A stretch of DNA of 64,000 nt from Octopus sinensis (Eukaryota). Positions within the stretch are counted from its first letter, which is position 1. Each line of letters begins with the position of its first letter. Under the pieces are notes generated by a model, which had not been told where the DNA came from, did no database searches, and was given only the letters and a program-made list of their open reading frames with translations. Shown here piece by piece: positions 1 to 14,098 of this stretch. Position numbers and translations under genes: made by a program. Location of the stretch: positions 84,878,001 through 84,942,000 of the forward strand of contig NC_043006.1 in NCBI RefSeq assembly GCF_006345805.1, read 5' to 3'.

Positions 1-699
1 TTTAGAGATGTTTTAAATATAGATTGAAGGAGAAGAAAATAGAAAGATAGAAAAGGGAAGGAAGGATGAATGGATGGATGGAAGGAAAAACAAAGAAAAG
101 GAAAAAGAAACAAAAAAGGAAAAGAAAAGAAATGAACGAGAAATGACAAGAAGAATAAACACTAATTAATGAACGAACTCATTAGGATACTTGAAATATG
201 AGGAAAAAATTAATATTTGACTAATGCATACTCACATAGACAACACAGATACTCACACACACATACATACATTCATAGACTCTGTAAGAAACTAGTTGAA
301 GGGCATATACATACTTCATATTCAAACATACATTATCACTCATATATACATACACACATATATAAAACAATACACACATATACATACACACGCATGGATA
401 TTAACCAATAATTTTCTAAAATAGCTCATAAGGCCCCAAATTTTGAAGTAAAACTAATAGTCAATTATATCAAATTCAATACTTGATAACTACTTTATTT
501 CATCAGATACAGGTAGGGCTGATACTTTTAATAAATATATATTAGTGACAGAGGAATTATTAATACCAAGAGGTAATATTTATCCCTACTTAAACATCAT
601 TCCCAAAGGGAGCAGTTCTGAGTCTCTAGGTGAGACTCAGAATGGCTTGTATAAAACAAAACAACAACAAAATTGTAACAATAATAAATAGAAAACAAC

Positions 700-1343
700 A
701 ACAATCCTTTCTATTACAGGCACAAGGCCTGAAATTTGGGGGAGGGATGGTCAATTACATCAACCCCAGTACTCAACTGGTACTTAATTTATCAACCCTG
801 AAAATATGAAAGGATGTCGACCTCAGCACAATTTGAACTCAGAACGTAACGGCAGACAAAATACCTATTTCTTTATTGCCCACAAGGTGCTAAACACAGA
901 GGGGACAAACAAGGACAGACAAATGGATTAAGTCGATTACATCGACCCCAGTGCATAACTGGTACTTAATTTATCAACCCCAAAACGATGAAAGGCAAAG
1001 TCGACCTCAGCGCAATTTGAACTCAGAACATAGTGACAGATGCAATACCGCTAAGCATTTCGTCTAGCATGCTAACAATTCTGCCAGCTCGCTGCCTTAA
1101 CAACAACAACAACAACAACAATCCTTTCTACAAAAAGCACAAGGCCTAAAATTTTAGATGAAGGGACTAGTCGATTACATTGACCCCAGTGTTTCACTGG
1201 TACTTAATTTATCAACCCTGAAACGATGAAAGGTAAAGTCGACCTCAGCAGAATTTGAACTCAGAACATAGCAACAAGAGAAATACCACTAAGCCTTTCA
1301 TCCAGCATGCTGATGATTCTGCCAGCTTGCGGCCTCAATAATA

Positions 1344-1390
<47 letters not shown>

Positions 1391-1610
1391 TAATCCTTTC
1401 TACTGAAGGCACAAGGCCTTGAAATTTTGGGGGAGAGCACTAGTTCATTACATCGACCCCAGTGTTACATTGGCACTTAATTTATCAACCCCGAAAGGAT
1501 GAACAGCAACGTCGACCTTGGCGGAGTTTGAACTCAGAACGTTGCGGCAGACGAAATACTACTAAGCATTTCACTTGGTGTGTTAGTAATTCTGCCAGCT
1601 CACCACCTGA
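700..1610 (-). mobile_element. Cluster of about 4-5 tRNA-derived SINE copies (family A), separated by (CAA)n/(TAA)n
   Basis: Repeated reverse complement of ggcgagctggcagaa..gagttcaaatt..ttcatcctttcggggtcgataaattaagtaccag; A/B-box-like head. Confidence 0.85.
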
Positions 1611-1939
1611 ATAATAATGATAACGATGATGATAACAGTAGTAGTAGTAGTAGTAGTAATGATAATAATAAAAATAATGGAAATTACAATATTTATAAGA
1701 AAACACAGAAAGCAAGGAAATTTTAACATTCAGATAATCTTGGGGTTTTGTTTTGGTTTGTTAGTTTTTAATTATCTCACTAATTTTATTAAATTTTTGT
1801 TTGTTTTCAATTATCTGGCCTATTTTATTAATTTCTTTTTTCTTTCTTCCTTTTTATTCTTGAAAAATCAAAATTGTTATAAATTTTCACTGATGAACCA
1901 ACATCACAAAGTTATGAGATGGAAGCACAGGAAAAATGA

Positions 1940-2390
1940 TCACAAATCTGAGGAAGTTAAAGAATTACATAACGACATGGAGGATGTGATGTGGTGGTGA
2001 TGATGATGTGGATGGTGGTTATGATGATTATGATGATGACAATGATGATGGTGATGATTGTGATTACGATAAAGAGAAAAGTAATGATAAAAATGACAAA
2101 GATGATATGGTCATGATCATGATCAAGGCGGTAATGGTGATGATGATGATGACATGTTTATGATGAGGAGGGGGAGGATGAAAATGATGACAATGACAAT
2201 GAAGACAATGGCGATGACGATGACGATGACGATGACGATGCTGGTGAGGATCATGATCATCATAAGGATTGTGGTGATGATGATGCCAATGATAATAACA
2301 AGGACAATGATGACTACGATGATAATGAGGAGGATGATGATGATAACAATGATGGTAATAATAATATAATAGCATGATTGTTGACAGAGC
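1940..2390. repeat. Degenerate (GAT/GAC)n trinucleotide array
   Basis: Direct inspection; source of poly-M/poly-H ORFs. Confidence 0.9.
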
Positions 2391-2720
2391 GACTAACTGG
2401 CTTCCATGTCGGTGGCACGTAAAAGATACTGATCGAGCATGATCGTTACCAGCGTCGCCTTAGTAACGACGGTGGCATGTATAAAAAGATTCCAGTGAGG
2501 TCGTTGCCAGTACCGCCTGACTGGCCCTAATGCCGGTGGCATGTAAAAGCACCCACTACACTCTCGGAGTGGTTGGCATTAGGAAGGGCATCCAGCTGTA
2601 AAACTCTGTCAGATCAAGATTGGAGCCTGGTGCAGCCATCGGGTTCGCCAGCCCTCAGTCAAAATTGTCCAACCCATGCTAGCATGGAAAGCGGACGTTA
2701 AACGATGATGATGATGATGA
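2376..2720 (+). mobile_element. RTE-LINE 3' tail fragment or RTE-partner SINE
   Basis: Same sequence as the 3' UTR of the RTE copy at 34368-35522 (gtggcatgtaaaagcacccactacactc...catgctagcatggaaa..aacgatgatgat). Confidence 0.8.
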
Positions 2721-3266
2721 AATTATTGTATACAGTGCTCATGTGCACCACAACTTGTCAAAAGTGCTTATAAAGCATATGCAGTAATGTACAAATGTCT
2801 GGAAAGTGAACAGTGTATGAGTCAGATACATGCTTGCGCGTGTATGGAGGGGAGAAACTCAGGTGTAGTGTTGGCGAATCTTAGGAAGCATGGAAGTTTT
2901 GAAGGATGCAGTGCTCCGACAACTAACAACTGATGCCGGCAGTTTGTTCCATGCTTCAGCAACTCTTAGCGTGAAAAAATGTTTCCGAAAGTCATGGGAG
3001 CTGTGATGTTTGTAAACATGTCCATGGGTGCTAGACAGATGGAGCTTGAAAAGGTGCTCAGAGTTATTGTTTGTAAGATGGTTAATAATTTTATGGGTGT
3101 CTGCCAAGTCAGCTGCCAGACGTCGGAGTTTCAATGTATCCATGCCCAGGGAAATAAGGCGTTCAGAATATGGCAAATGTCTGATGGAGGCTATTCTCTT
3201 GGTTGCACGTCGCTGAACGGTTTCCAGACAATTATTATCCTGGGCAAGATAGGGGTTCCAGACTGT
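2720..3266 (-). mobile_element. CR1/L2-group LINE, 3' end of ORF2
   Basis: VWNPYLAQDNNCLETVQRRATKRIASIRHLPYSERLISLGMDTLKLRRLAADL...RKHFFTLRVAEAWNKLP, a typical post-RT C-terminus. Confidence 0.88.
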
Positions 3267-3664
3267 GATGATGATGATGAGTCCATGATAATCATGATCA
3301 TGATAACAATGATTACCATGATGATGATGATGGCAATGACAAGAACGATGACGACAATAACGATGGTGATGATGATGATGATAGCAATCAGCATGACTTG
3401 ATGATGATACAACAATGATGATGACGATAATTACGGCGACTGTAGCGGAGTCGACAAGTATGATGATGATACATCGAACCAAACATATTTCAAAATATTT
3501 TCAGCAAGGGATTATCTTAATACCTCCTCTGGCTTAACAAAGTAGGAAAGCATCCAATTTGACGTAAATGCACTGCGATGTGCACCGAAACATACTCTTG
3601 CTTATTCGAAATTAATATCAGAACTTCTTGTGCAACAAACAATCACTTAGGTACTATAAATGTG

Positions 3665-3694
3665 TATACGTTATATATATATAATACATACATG

Positions 3695-3736
<42 letters not shown>

Positions 3737-4112
3737 TATATACATATATACATACATACATCTATATACACATACATATCCATATATATACATATATATA
3801 TATACATATATATACATACATATACATACATATATATACTTATACATATATATATATACATATACACATACATATACATATCTATACATATATATATATA
3901 TATATACACATACATACATATACATATATATACACATATATATACATATATATATGTATATACATACATGCATATACATATATATACATACATATATATA
4001 TATACATACATATATAAATACATATATATACATATATATATATACATACATATATAAATACATATATATACATATATATATATACATACATATATAAATA
4101 CATATATATACA

Positions 4113-4144
<32 letters not shown>

Positions 4145-4318
4145 CATAAATACATATATATACATACATATATAAATAATATATATATACATTATAATAT
4201 ACTACATATATATATATATATATATAAATACATATATATATATATATATATAAATACATATATATAATATATATATATAAATACATATATATATATTATA
4301 ATACATATATATATATAT

Positions 4319-4373
<55 letters not shown>

Positions 4374-4460
4374 CATATATATATATATATATACATATAT
4401 ATACATATGTATATACATACATGCATATACATATATACATACATACATAAATACATATAA
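3665..4460. repeat. Compound (TA)n/(TACA)n/(CA)n microsatellite
   Basis: Direct inspection; generates the Y/I/H/C/V/M ORFs. Confidence 0.95.
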
Positions 4461-4484
4461 CTTAGAAAGGTTTTGGCCAGTATT

Positions 4485-5110
4485 GGCCCAGGCCATGTCT
4501 GACTTAACAGCACCACCTGGCAAAGTCTTTCAATTCAGGATTTGGGGACCAAGGCCCATTCGAGCAGAGAGTTATTGTTTGTGGTGAGATATCCGGGTGT
4601 GGGTGGTTTGTCCGGGACTGTTTGAAGGAATTTGTCCAAAGACTTCTTGAATTTTGTGTGGTCAGTTTCTGTTTTGACGTGTCCTGGTGTAATGTTGAAG
4701 AGAGCGGGTCCAATTGAGGTGAAATAATTGTGTCGTATTGTCGTTATGTGATGCGATTTAGATTTTTGTTGTGGACGGATGGCACGTGGTCCAAGCCTTG
4801 GATGTATTTTTAAGGTGATGCCAACATCATTCGGACAGTGCTGATGAAATATTTTCCACATCATACAGATAATGTAGCATTCACGGCGTCGTTGGAGTGA
4901 ATACAATTTCAGGTTCTCTAATCTACCCCAGTAGTCGAGGTCTGACATGCCATCTATCTTTTTTGTGATTGACCTTTGGGGAGCTTCAATTCTCATAATA
5001 TTTTGTTTTGTGTAGGGAGACCACAGTGGACAGCAGTATTCAAAGTGGGGTCGGGCAAAAGTGGAGAAGAGAAGGATAATGGTGTGGGAATCTCTCGACT
5101 GGAAGGTTCT
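4485..5110 (-). mobile_element. CR1/Jockey-group LINE, 3' end of ORF2
   Basis: LFSTFARPHFEYCCPLWSPYTKQNIMRIEAPQRSITKKIDGMSDLDYWGRLENLKLYSLQRRRE...KFKKSLDKFLQTVPDKP. Confidence 0.9.
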
Positions 5111-5247
5111 GACATATATATATATATACATACATATATACATACATACATATATACATACATACATACATATATACATACATACATATATACATACATA
5201 CATATATACATACATACATATATATACATACATACATATATACATAC

Positions 5248-5293
<46 letters not shown>

Positions 5294-5954
5294 CTTCTAT
5301 ATCTACCTATTTATGTGTATATGTGTATGTATGTATGTATGTTTATACGTATATATATATATATTTTATACATTTACATGTTTTTAACTACTTATGATAT
5401 GCCTCTACACAGTCTCAGTCTACCAAATTCACTCACTAGGTATTGGTTGGCCCAAGGCTATATAGTAAAAAAAAAAACCCACTTGCCCAAGGGACTGAAC
5501 CTGAAATCACATGATTGCAAAATGAGTTTCTTAACCACACAGCCATAGAAAAAAAAAATTCAGAGCAACCATTGCACATTTCAGTTTATTAATGATACGA
5601 TGTAAAACCAAATATGAATAACACATTTTTCACGGCATTCTTGCAACAACTTATATTTTCAAGATGTCCTCACATGAGTTCCATACTACCAATATCCACA
5701 TCTGTCACCAACTCCTAAAACAGTATGAGTCTACAGTTCAAATAATGTTGCTGTTTTGGGGTCATAAAATGGAACTAAGCACCGTTGACTGTGAGAAACA
5801 AAGTTTAGCCTAATTTTAAAGAGAATATCCTGTCAAAATATTTCCAATTTGCATCATGTGTGTTTATTTTCTGTGTGTGATGAAATAAATTTCTCCAGAA
5901 TCTTTCTTCTTTCGATTTTTTTAGTTTAATGGCTGCTGATAGCTTAAATGGTGA

Positions 5955-6210
5955 CTCTTTTACTCTTTTACTTGTTTCAGTCACTTGACTGTGGCCATGC
6001 TGGAGCACTGCCTTTAATCGAGCAAATCAACCCCAGGACTTATTCTTTGTAAGCTTCTTTCAGTTTCCATCTAACAAATCCACCAATAAGGCTTTGGTTG
6101 GCCCAAGGCTGTATTAGAAGACACTTGCCCAAGGTGACACACAGTGGGACTGAACCCGGAACTTTGTGGTTGGTAAGCAAGCTACTTACCACACAGCCAC
6201 TTCTATGCCT
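5955..6210 (-). mobile_element. tRNA-derived SINE family B, internally deleted
   Basis: Reverse complement of aggagtggctgtgtggtaag..ggttcagtcccact..cttgggcaagtgtctt..gaaactgaaagaagc and the gctccagcatggccacagtc tail. Confidence 0.8.
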
Positions 6211-7418
6211 ATAGAATCAGAATTGAGTCAGAATTCAGTGATGATTTAATTATTGTTATTTATTTATTTCTCAATGATGCCAACATGGCTGTGTGGTTAA
6301 GAAGCTTGCTTCCCAACCATGTGGTTTTGGGTTCAATCTCATAGTGTGACACCTTGGCCAAGTGTCTTCTACTATGGCCTTGACATGATCAAAGCCTTGT
6401 GATTTGATTTGGCAGATGGAAGCTGAAAGAAGCTCCTTGTGCGTGTGTGTGTGTGTGCACGCACATATGTGTGTGCGCATGCCTGTGTGTGTGTGTGTGT
6501 GTGTGTGTATTCTTGAAATCCTAACCCTAGCCATTATAAAAGAAATGTTCTTCATTTCCAGTCTTCATAAAAAAAAAACCCTGGCTAAAGGGAAATATTA
6601 CTTTGTAAACAGGTGAAGGTTGGCAACAGAAAGGGCACCCAGTCATAGAAAATCTGCCTCAACAAATTCTGTCTGATCAATACAATCATGGAAAAACAAA
6701 CATTAAAATGATGATGATGGTAGTGGTGGTGATGATGATGATGATGAACTATTTTTTAATGATTAAATAAAGAAATCAATGTCCAGGGATTCAATACTTT
6801 GTAAAGATGTATAAAAACAGCAGTAATCAATTTAACTGTGTTCAACCTACTTTGGTAAATGAAAATGACATGACATCAGGTAAGAATCAAAAACAAAAGG
6901 TAAAAACCACATTCATAATGTAGACCAACAATCATTACATTGTAACACAAAATTTCAGCCAGATTCATGCAATAGCTATCTTTTGTGACTGGACTAATGG
7001 TATTCTATCAAAATCTCTAGTTTCTAATAGGATTAAGAGATTTAAACGGAAAAAAAAAATGCTACAGGACTGTTAATATATATATTCTGCAGCCTTAGAT
7101 AATTTTTTTGAATATGATGTGGACTAGTATGCTCAAGCACACTGGTTTGTAAAGCTCTAAATTTTGTAGATGCCCAACTTTAACCCTAACCTTAACCCTA
7201 AACTTGAACATTGCTTTTAGTAGTTACAAACTTCAGAGGATTAAGAGTTTTGATACCAATATCAACCCATTAGAGACTCTGTTGTAGTCCATTCATACTT
7301 AAATTTAAATCTTACATCATAATTCAGTATAAGAACCTGTACCAAAGTTATATTCCAAAGACCAACTAATTATAATAATAAAAAGCCAAAACAAAGTTAA
7401 ATATTTTACTAACACATA

Positions 7419-7803
7419 AAAAGTACCCGTGCTAGGGCCAGGCAAAAAGAAACTGTGCTGGTGCCCCATAAAAGGCACTGGAGCTGGTTCCACATAAAAA
7501 CCAATGGTGCTGGTGCCATGTAAAAAGCAGTGGTGCTGGTGCCCCATTAAAGGCACTGGTGCCACATAGGAAGCACAGGAGCTGGTGCCATGTAAAAAGC
7601 ACTGGAGCTAGTGCCACATAAAAACCAATGGTGCTGGTGCCATGTAAAAGGCAGTGGTGCTGGTGCCCCATTAAAGGCACTGGTGCTGGTGCCACATAGG
7701 AAGCACAGGAGCTGGTGCCATGTAAAAAGCACTGGAGCTGGTGTCACATAAAAACCAATGGTGCTGGTGCCATGTAAAAAGCAGTGGTGCTGGTGCCCCA
7801 TTA
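7419..7803. repeat. 26-bp minisatellite with 5-monomer (130-bp) higher-order repeat
   Basis: Monomers such as ggtgctggtgccatgtaaaaagcagt; accaatggtgctggtgccatg recurs near 7500, 7624 and 7754. Confidence 0.85.
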
Positions 7804-8439
7804 AATTCTTGATTATTTTCAGAGTTATTTGAAACATGGATATGTAGTTGTGTATAATTTCACCAGAAATATAGCAATGAAAGCATTAACCACTTAATAA
7901 TTTTGATTGAATTCTGTTTTCCCGTAATTTACAATGACATTAATACACACACATTTGTTCACTTCATGGATGCAATTATAAAAATCTATTTATATATTTA
8001 GGCACACATTATTCTCAATTGTCTTTCAAGCCACATGTACAGCAACAAGCAGAATACATCGTTGGTTACGTCAAAGACATAGGATACAAGAAGGACCTTT
8101 TCAAATATGGATATCCATTGTAGCATCCTTTGATAGACAAAGCCATTGAGGACTTATATCAAATTAAAGCAGGCGTAAAGACACAAATAAGATGGTAGGT
8201 TTTAAGAATTGCCTTTGAATGGTAGTCATCCGAATCTATTGAATACTGAGGAATTCTAGCAGTACACCAGACAGAGACAAACGGTGCTGTGAATGGAAAC
8301 TCAACTAAGAAAAGTTTAAAAAGACTGAACAGCGCATAATGAAGTAAGTATCAAAGCCTTTCTTGTCAGGTTTAGCAAACAAAACTCTGCAAAGTAGAAA
8401 AGATCTATCATTGCTGGTTTGTTGCATCGCTTAGAAATA

Positions 8440-8499
8440 CAGTGTCATTACCATCACCACCACCTCATCGTCGTCGTCATCATCACCATCATTAGCACT

Positions 8500-8534
<35 letters not shown>

Positions 8535-8900
8535 CACTATCATCATCATCATCATCATCACTATCATCATCATCATCCTCATCATCATCAGTCATCATCA
8601 TCAACACTATCATCATCATCGTCATCATCACTACAGCCATTATCACTATCGTCATCATCATCGTCGTCGTCACTGATACCACTACCACCATTACCATCAC
8701 CACCACTACCATCACCATCATTACAATCACCACTGCCATCATCACTACCATTATCATCTTCTTCATCGTCATCATCATTACCAACATCATCATCATCATC
8801 ACTATCACTGCTGCCACCATCCCTACCATCATCACCATTATTGTCATCATCATCATCATAATCACCACCACCACTGTCATCTTCATCATTATCATTACCA
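8440..8900. repeat. Degenerate (CAT/CAC)n array
   Basis: Direct inspection. Confidence 0.9.
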
Positions 8901-9679
8901 TTAGCCTTCTCTCTTCATCAGTAAGCATTATATTTATCACCAAAGTGTTGGAATCTTTCTGATTCTGATTGTAATTATTGCCTATCATTACTCAATTTCT
9001 CCAGACAGATAATTCCAAACAAACACAGGAAGAAATGTAGATGCAGAAGGAATACAAAATGACAGGAGACACATATATAAATGGCACTTGAAGCATCATA
9101 CATAACCAAAGACTGAGCTCAGTCGTGGGTTCCACTCTCCATTCCAGTATCTAGTGTAGCACGATATCAGGCATCAACCTCAGAGTATGTGCAAGTCTGT
9201 GGGAATATGTTAGAAACGTTAGCATGCCGGGCAAAATACTTAGCGGCATTTTGTCTGCCATTATGTTCTGAGTTCAAATTCCGCCGAGGTCAACTTTGCC
9301 TTTCGAGGTCGATAAATTAAGTACCAGTTATGCACTGGAGTCGATGTAATCGACTTAATCCCTTTGTCTGTCCTTGTTTGTCCCCTCTATGTTTAGCTCC
9401 TTGTGGGCAATAAAGAAAGAAGTCTGTGGAATATGAGCCAGAACCCATTGCTGGACACTGATGAAGTAAGACATTATGCAATATCGCGTAATGTCTTTAC
9501 ATCTGTTGTGTAATTATTATGGCATGTATGTTCTATAAAGCATGGAATACCATACCAGTTCTTTCTGTAAATTATATTATTATAGACATCGCACAGTACA
9601 CAGTATCGTGAGGTTGCTGATTGAAGATATTGTGTCTACCAGGAGTTTGTACTGTTTGTCAAGTCACAACAAGGACCTC

Positions 9680-9916
9680 AGACAGACAGTACTTTACACG
9701 ATATTGTGCAGTTCCAAGTAATGCCGACTTTTGCAATACACCTACATTGTAGGGTATTTCTAAGGTTTTCAGATGTTTTTTCAGATTGTCTGGTATTGAA
9801 CCCAATGCTCCAATGACAATAGGGATAACCTTTATGTTCGACTCTCATAACTGCCACATCTTAGCGATCTCAATTCTCAGGTCTCCATATTTATCAACTT
9901 TTCCTCTTTCTTTCGT
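9680..9916 (-). mobile_element. RLE-type non-LTR retrotransposon 3' fragment (R4/Dong-like)
   Basis: KVDKYGDLRIEIAKMWQL*ESNIKVIPIVIGALGSIPDNLKKHLKTLEIPYNVGVLQKSALLGTA with an in-frame stop; C-terminal restriction-like endonuclease region. Confidence 0.8.
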
Positions 9917-11986
9917 GATGAATCCCTCTCAACACATGGCTTTGATGCTCCCCCACCACTTCTGCTCGTGATCAGAGATGCACATATCGTCAGCCACTAA
10001 GGGACATGCTCAACTGGTTAAGGTCAAACAACTGACAAGCAAATCTGTGGTATTGAGCAGAATATTTGTTGTAGCCCATCTTTTATGCCAAGACAAAACA
10101 ATGTACATCATAACACGTCCAATCAGTTAAGATCAGAAGCCACGAGAGCCACTGTCTGGTACAGCATCAAGGCATTTATTATTATTATTGTTATCTGTAT
10201 ATATTAGTAGATACACCAAGCACAGACACATATACACATGTACTCCACATATGCACACAAACATCAATGTGAAGGTAATGAAGGTCACTTAATTCAAAGC
10301 TGGAGATGCATAATTAAATTTATTCAATAATTTTCCTCTTTAACAAACCTTAATCCATTAACATGTGTTGAGATACAAGCAGCATACCAACGATGTGTGC
10401 ATACATGAGGGGTTAGGGAGCTGAGATATCTAAATCATACGTTAAACTGTCGACTGATGAGAACCAGATGGAGGCTGTTAATCTGTGGTTAACGAACACC
10501 TAATAACAAGAATCGCTTCTTTAATATGTCAATTACCAATGTTTCAAACACATGCCTGAAGAGAAACTGTAGCTTAAATATATATTCCAGCAGCTGTTGA
10601 TGTACCTTTTAATTAACAGATAAGGGCTGCTTTCATATTTCTGTGCTCCCTAATGTGTAAATGTAAAGACCGGATGGTAGGGATCATGTTACACTTAACA
10701 CATTCTATGGAGTCAGTTAAATATTAGAACTGCCTGCTTGTGGGGTTGCCATTTTTCATGCATTTGCCAATGTCTGGTGTGTGCATGTGTGTATGTGCAT
10801 GGGTATGTGTATGCATGTATATATATATGTGTGTGTGTGTGTTTCCCACTTGTTAGATCTGAAGAAAAGGAGGATAGTGTCCATGCCATAGTAGACCCTC
10901 CAACGCCAATAGAATGTGATTAACGTTACCAGTGTTTGGTTAAGCCTTTCATTACAATATTCCAAACATAGCATATTGTCTATCATCATCATCAACAACA
11001 TTATCATTTAAGGTCTGTTTTCCATGTTGTCATGAGTTGGACAGCCTGACAAAAACTGGCAAGGTCAGGGGCTGCACCAGGTTCCCTAGTCTGTTCTGAC
11101 TCAGTTTCTACAGCTGGATGCCCTTCCTAATGCAAACCACTTTACAGAATGCACTGGGTGCTTTTTGTATGGCACCATCACCAATACTTTTTATATAATT
11201 CATTTTAAAAATAAAGAAGAATTTAGTAAAATAACTCAGTTATTATGAAGGTGGTGTCTACAACAAATTAACACGAAATTCTAATGGAAGGTTTAATTGA
11301 GATCATTTTAAAACAATAAGTTTGTATCATAGAACCAGGAGCAATGTATTTTAACAAGATTGAATGACAGATCCTCTATGGCATAACTAATTTGTCACAT
11401 GGTTACCTAGCAGCCAATCACTGAACCTGTTTTCATCTGTTGACTCAAATTGGTATCTGTAATATTTAATACTAGCTTAAAAGCCCCACTCCATGTGGAC
11501 TTTTAAGCTAGTCCCTGTGGAGGGCTAATTAGACCTGCAGCCCAAAACTAAAGAGAGCAATACTAATAAAGCATTTATTGGTACCCAACCAATATGGTAT
11601 TACCCTACCAATATGGTGTGACTTTAAATTCAGCTTAAATGTAAAACTTGTAAGTTCACAAATTTTTGGAGTTCTTTTAAAATTTGAATTTTCATCTGTT
11701 AGCATATAACAAATCCTCATCCAGACATGATTCCAATGCTGAATGTTCAAGAACCAAATGAAGGACAGATTTTCAACCCCGGGATCATCCTGATTCCAAA
11801 AGGGTATAGTATGTCTATGTAGAGCAAATGTACACTGAGATACAGGGGTCCTGGACGGACGAACAGACAGAATTTCATGTTTATTATTATAGATTACAAA
11901 TGTAATGGAAGGAAAGGAGAGGAAGTGATTTGGATAAGAAAAGATACTCAGTCATGAAATAGTGCTCAGATAAAATTTACTCAGAT

Positions 11987-12390
11987 TTGAAGGGGAATGG
12001 TAAATATGCAAACCTCTCAGACTGGCACGAAAACTGTCCAAATTCCATCAGTACAAAAGGACAAAGACCAGATATTGTACTATGTTCGAAATCAGATGCC
12101 AGAATCATCTTGGTTGAGCTGAGAGTCCCTTATGAATGCCAAATAGATGAACAACACCAATTCAAGATAAGAAAGTACGACAACCTGGTGAAAAAACAAA
12201 AGAAGGGTACCACTGGAAGGCAATGGAAGTTGGCGTATAGAGGTTTGCTACAGCATTTATGTGCCAACTACTAAATCAACTTGGAATCAAGGGCTACAAA
12301 AGCACAGTGACAATGAAACGCCTGTCAGAGACAACTCAGGAGAGCTCAGTGGTGTTATGGGAGAAAAGGAATGATAGATGGAACTGAAAA
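11987..12390 (+). mobile_element. RLE-type non-LTR retrotransposon 3' fragment (HERO/R2-like)
   Basis: QRPDIVLCSKSDARIILVELRVPYECQIDEQHQFKIRKYDNL contains the PD..E.(T/R)VP..K..KY RLE motif; frameshifted downstream. Confidence 0.8.
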
Positions 12391-13889
12391 AGAATACAGT
12401 AAATCACTAAACATAGGAGGAAGGAAACCCAGTTTGAACTGGTGCAAGTTCATGCAGTTGTCTGTGTGCCCAAGCAATAAGTACAGCCATAGGTGCCAGG
12501 TTCAATCCACACTAAAGTTGACATTTAAATAACAGCAGCAGGACACCTAGGAGTCACTACCTATTTGGGCCCAGTTCCCTTAAAGAGTCAGGAACTAATG
12601 AGCTGATGCACTTGTTTGACAGGAATTCTTCCTCGAAGAATTTCTCCTGCTAATCTCTCGCCCTGTAGCGAGTTTCTGCTCACTATAGCAGAAGAATTTT
12701 TAAATTATAAGACCTTATTCTTATTATAATTACCAATACATCTAGCATAGTACTGATTTGCTACATTAGTATCAATCTATGATATATGTGACATGACAAA
12801 ACAAATATATATATGTGAGTCTATGTATGTGCATGAATGCATGCATGTGTGTGTATACATACATATACACAAACATATATGCACAGATACACAAACTCAT
12901 GCATATATACACATATAAACACACACACACACACACACACATATACATATATATATAGAGAGAGACATATACATACATACAAATGTATGTATACCTGAAT
13001 GTACAATTATATATATATCTATATACATGCGCATGACTGTATATACATACATATACACATATACATAAACAGCCATATGTGTCTGTGTGTGTATATATAC
13101 ATATATACACACATGGCCATTCACACATACATGCACCATGCACACGCACATCTATCTATCTACCAACATACATATACACGAATATATGCACTTACATTCA
13201 TATATCAAACAATGTATTTTAATTTTCCCTTTTAACATGACCATATTTATCTCAGTCTTAGAATGAGCAAAAAGAACAACAACAACAAAAGGAAGAACCC
13301 AGAATATTCTCTGAGGAATTAAAAGTACCATGGTACCATAGCATTGCTCTGTTTAATGATTTGCTCCAGATGAAGTAGTAAACACCTTCTGTTAAGTAGA
13401 CTAGCAGATAAATAACACTGTCTCCTCATACACATAAAAATAACATGTGACCCTATTATATGATATCTATTATTATTGGTGGTACCATGACGATCAAGAA
13501 TCCTTCTTGTATTGACATTTCGTAAGTTTTGGTCCATTTGTTCTTTCGTTGTTCCTCTGTAGCAGGAATGTTGGCAAAGTCCCAAACACCAACTCACCAC
13601 AGAGGAACTAAACTCAAATGACTGCATTCAGAGTGAAAGCAAGTGTAAACACCGATAAAGGATTTTGTCAAGGATTGATGTCAGCAAGCAGCTAGATATT
13701 CAAGTCCCTGGTAGACGCAATAAGGACTAGTGTCTATCAGTAGCTTGCCTAACCAGCAAAAGCACAATAAACCCAGTAGGTACTTAATTCCTTAGAATTC
13801 CAGTTGTTGTAAATAATATATTGGAACATCAATCATGATTTTACTTTTGACATCTTTTCTTTGACAGATAATTTGCTATATATATATGT

Positions 13890-13943
<54 letters not shown>

Positions 13944-14044
13944 TATATATTTTAATGTATATTATTTAGTATATATAAGAATTTTTTGCGTAATAAGATA
14001 AAAAAACCAAGGCTGTATAGATATTTGAGCATTTTTAGATAGAA

Positions 14045-14098
14045 GGTCTTACAGCTGTTTCTAGGATATTAATTAATAATATCCCTTCATCAGAGATG
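14045..14098 (-). ncRNA. Candidate minimal type I hammerhead ribozyme in a Penelope-like repeat
   Basis: Minus strand: TCT-CTGATGA-AGGGATATT[attaatt]AATATCCTA-GAAAC-AGCT-GTA-AGA. Intact core, 8-bp stem II with a basal A.A mismatch, palindromic stem III ACAGCTGT, 3-bp stem I. Confidence 0.6.

Noticed and set aside
616-642. 11-bp perfect hairpin ttctgagtctc/gagactcagaa
   Set aside because: Short, probably part of a decayed repeat; no functional context.
5585-5590. Minus-strand AATAAA as a possible VAC14 polyA signal
   Set aside because: Expected by chance in AT-rich DNA, and no terminal coding exon was found upstream of it.
7180-7203. Short (TAACCC)-like tract
   Set aside because: Only 3-4 imperfect units; not a telomere.
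7419-7803. Regularly spaced repeats considered as a CRISPR array
   Set aside because: Contiguous monomers without unique spacers, in eukaryotic DNA with no cas genes.
9455-9500. CTGATGA followed by a hairpin; similar partial cores at 10454 (+) and about 35905-35950 (-)
   Set aside because: GAAA half-core missing or mutated and stem I absent; at best dead hammerhead relics.
13319-13627. ORF tested as the VAC14 last exon (phase-compatible acceptor near 13560)
   Set aside because: Lacks the conserved IDxxELLxHF..Q..H motif of the VAC14 C-terminus.
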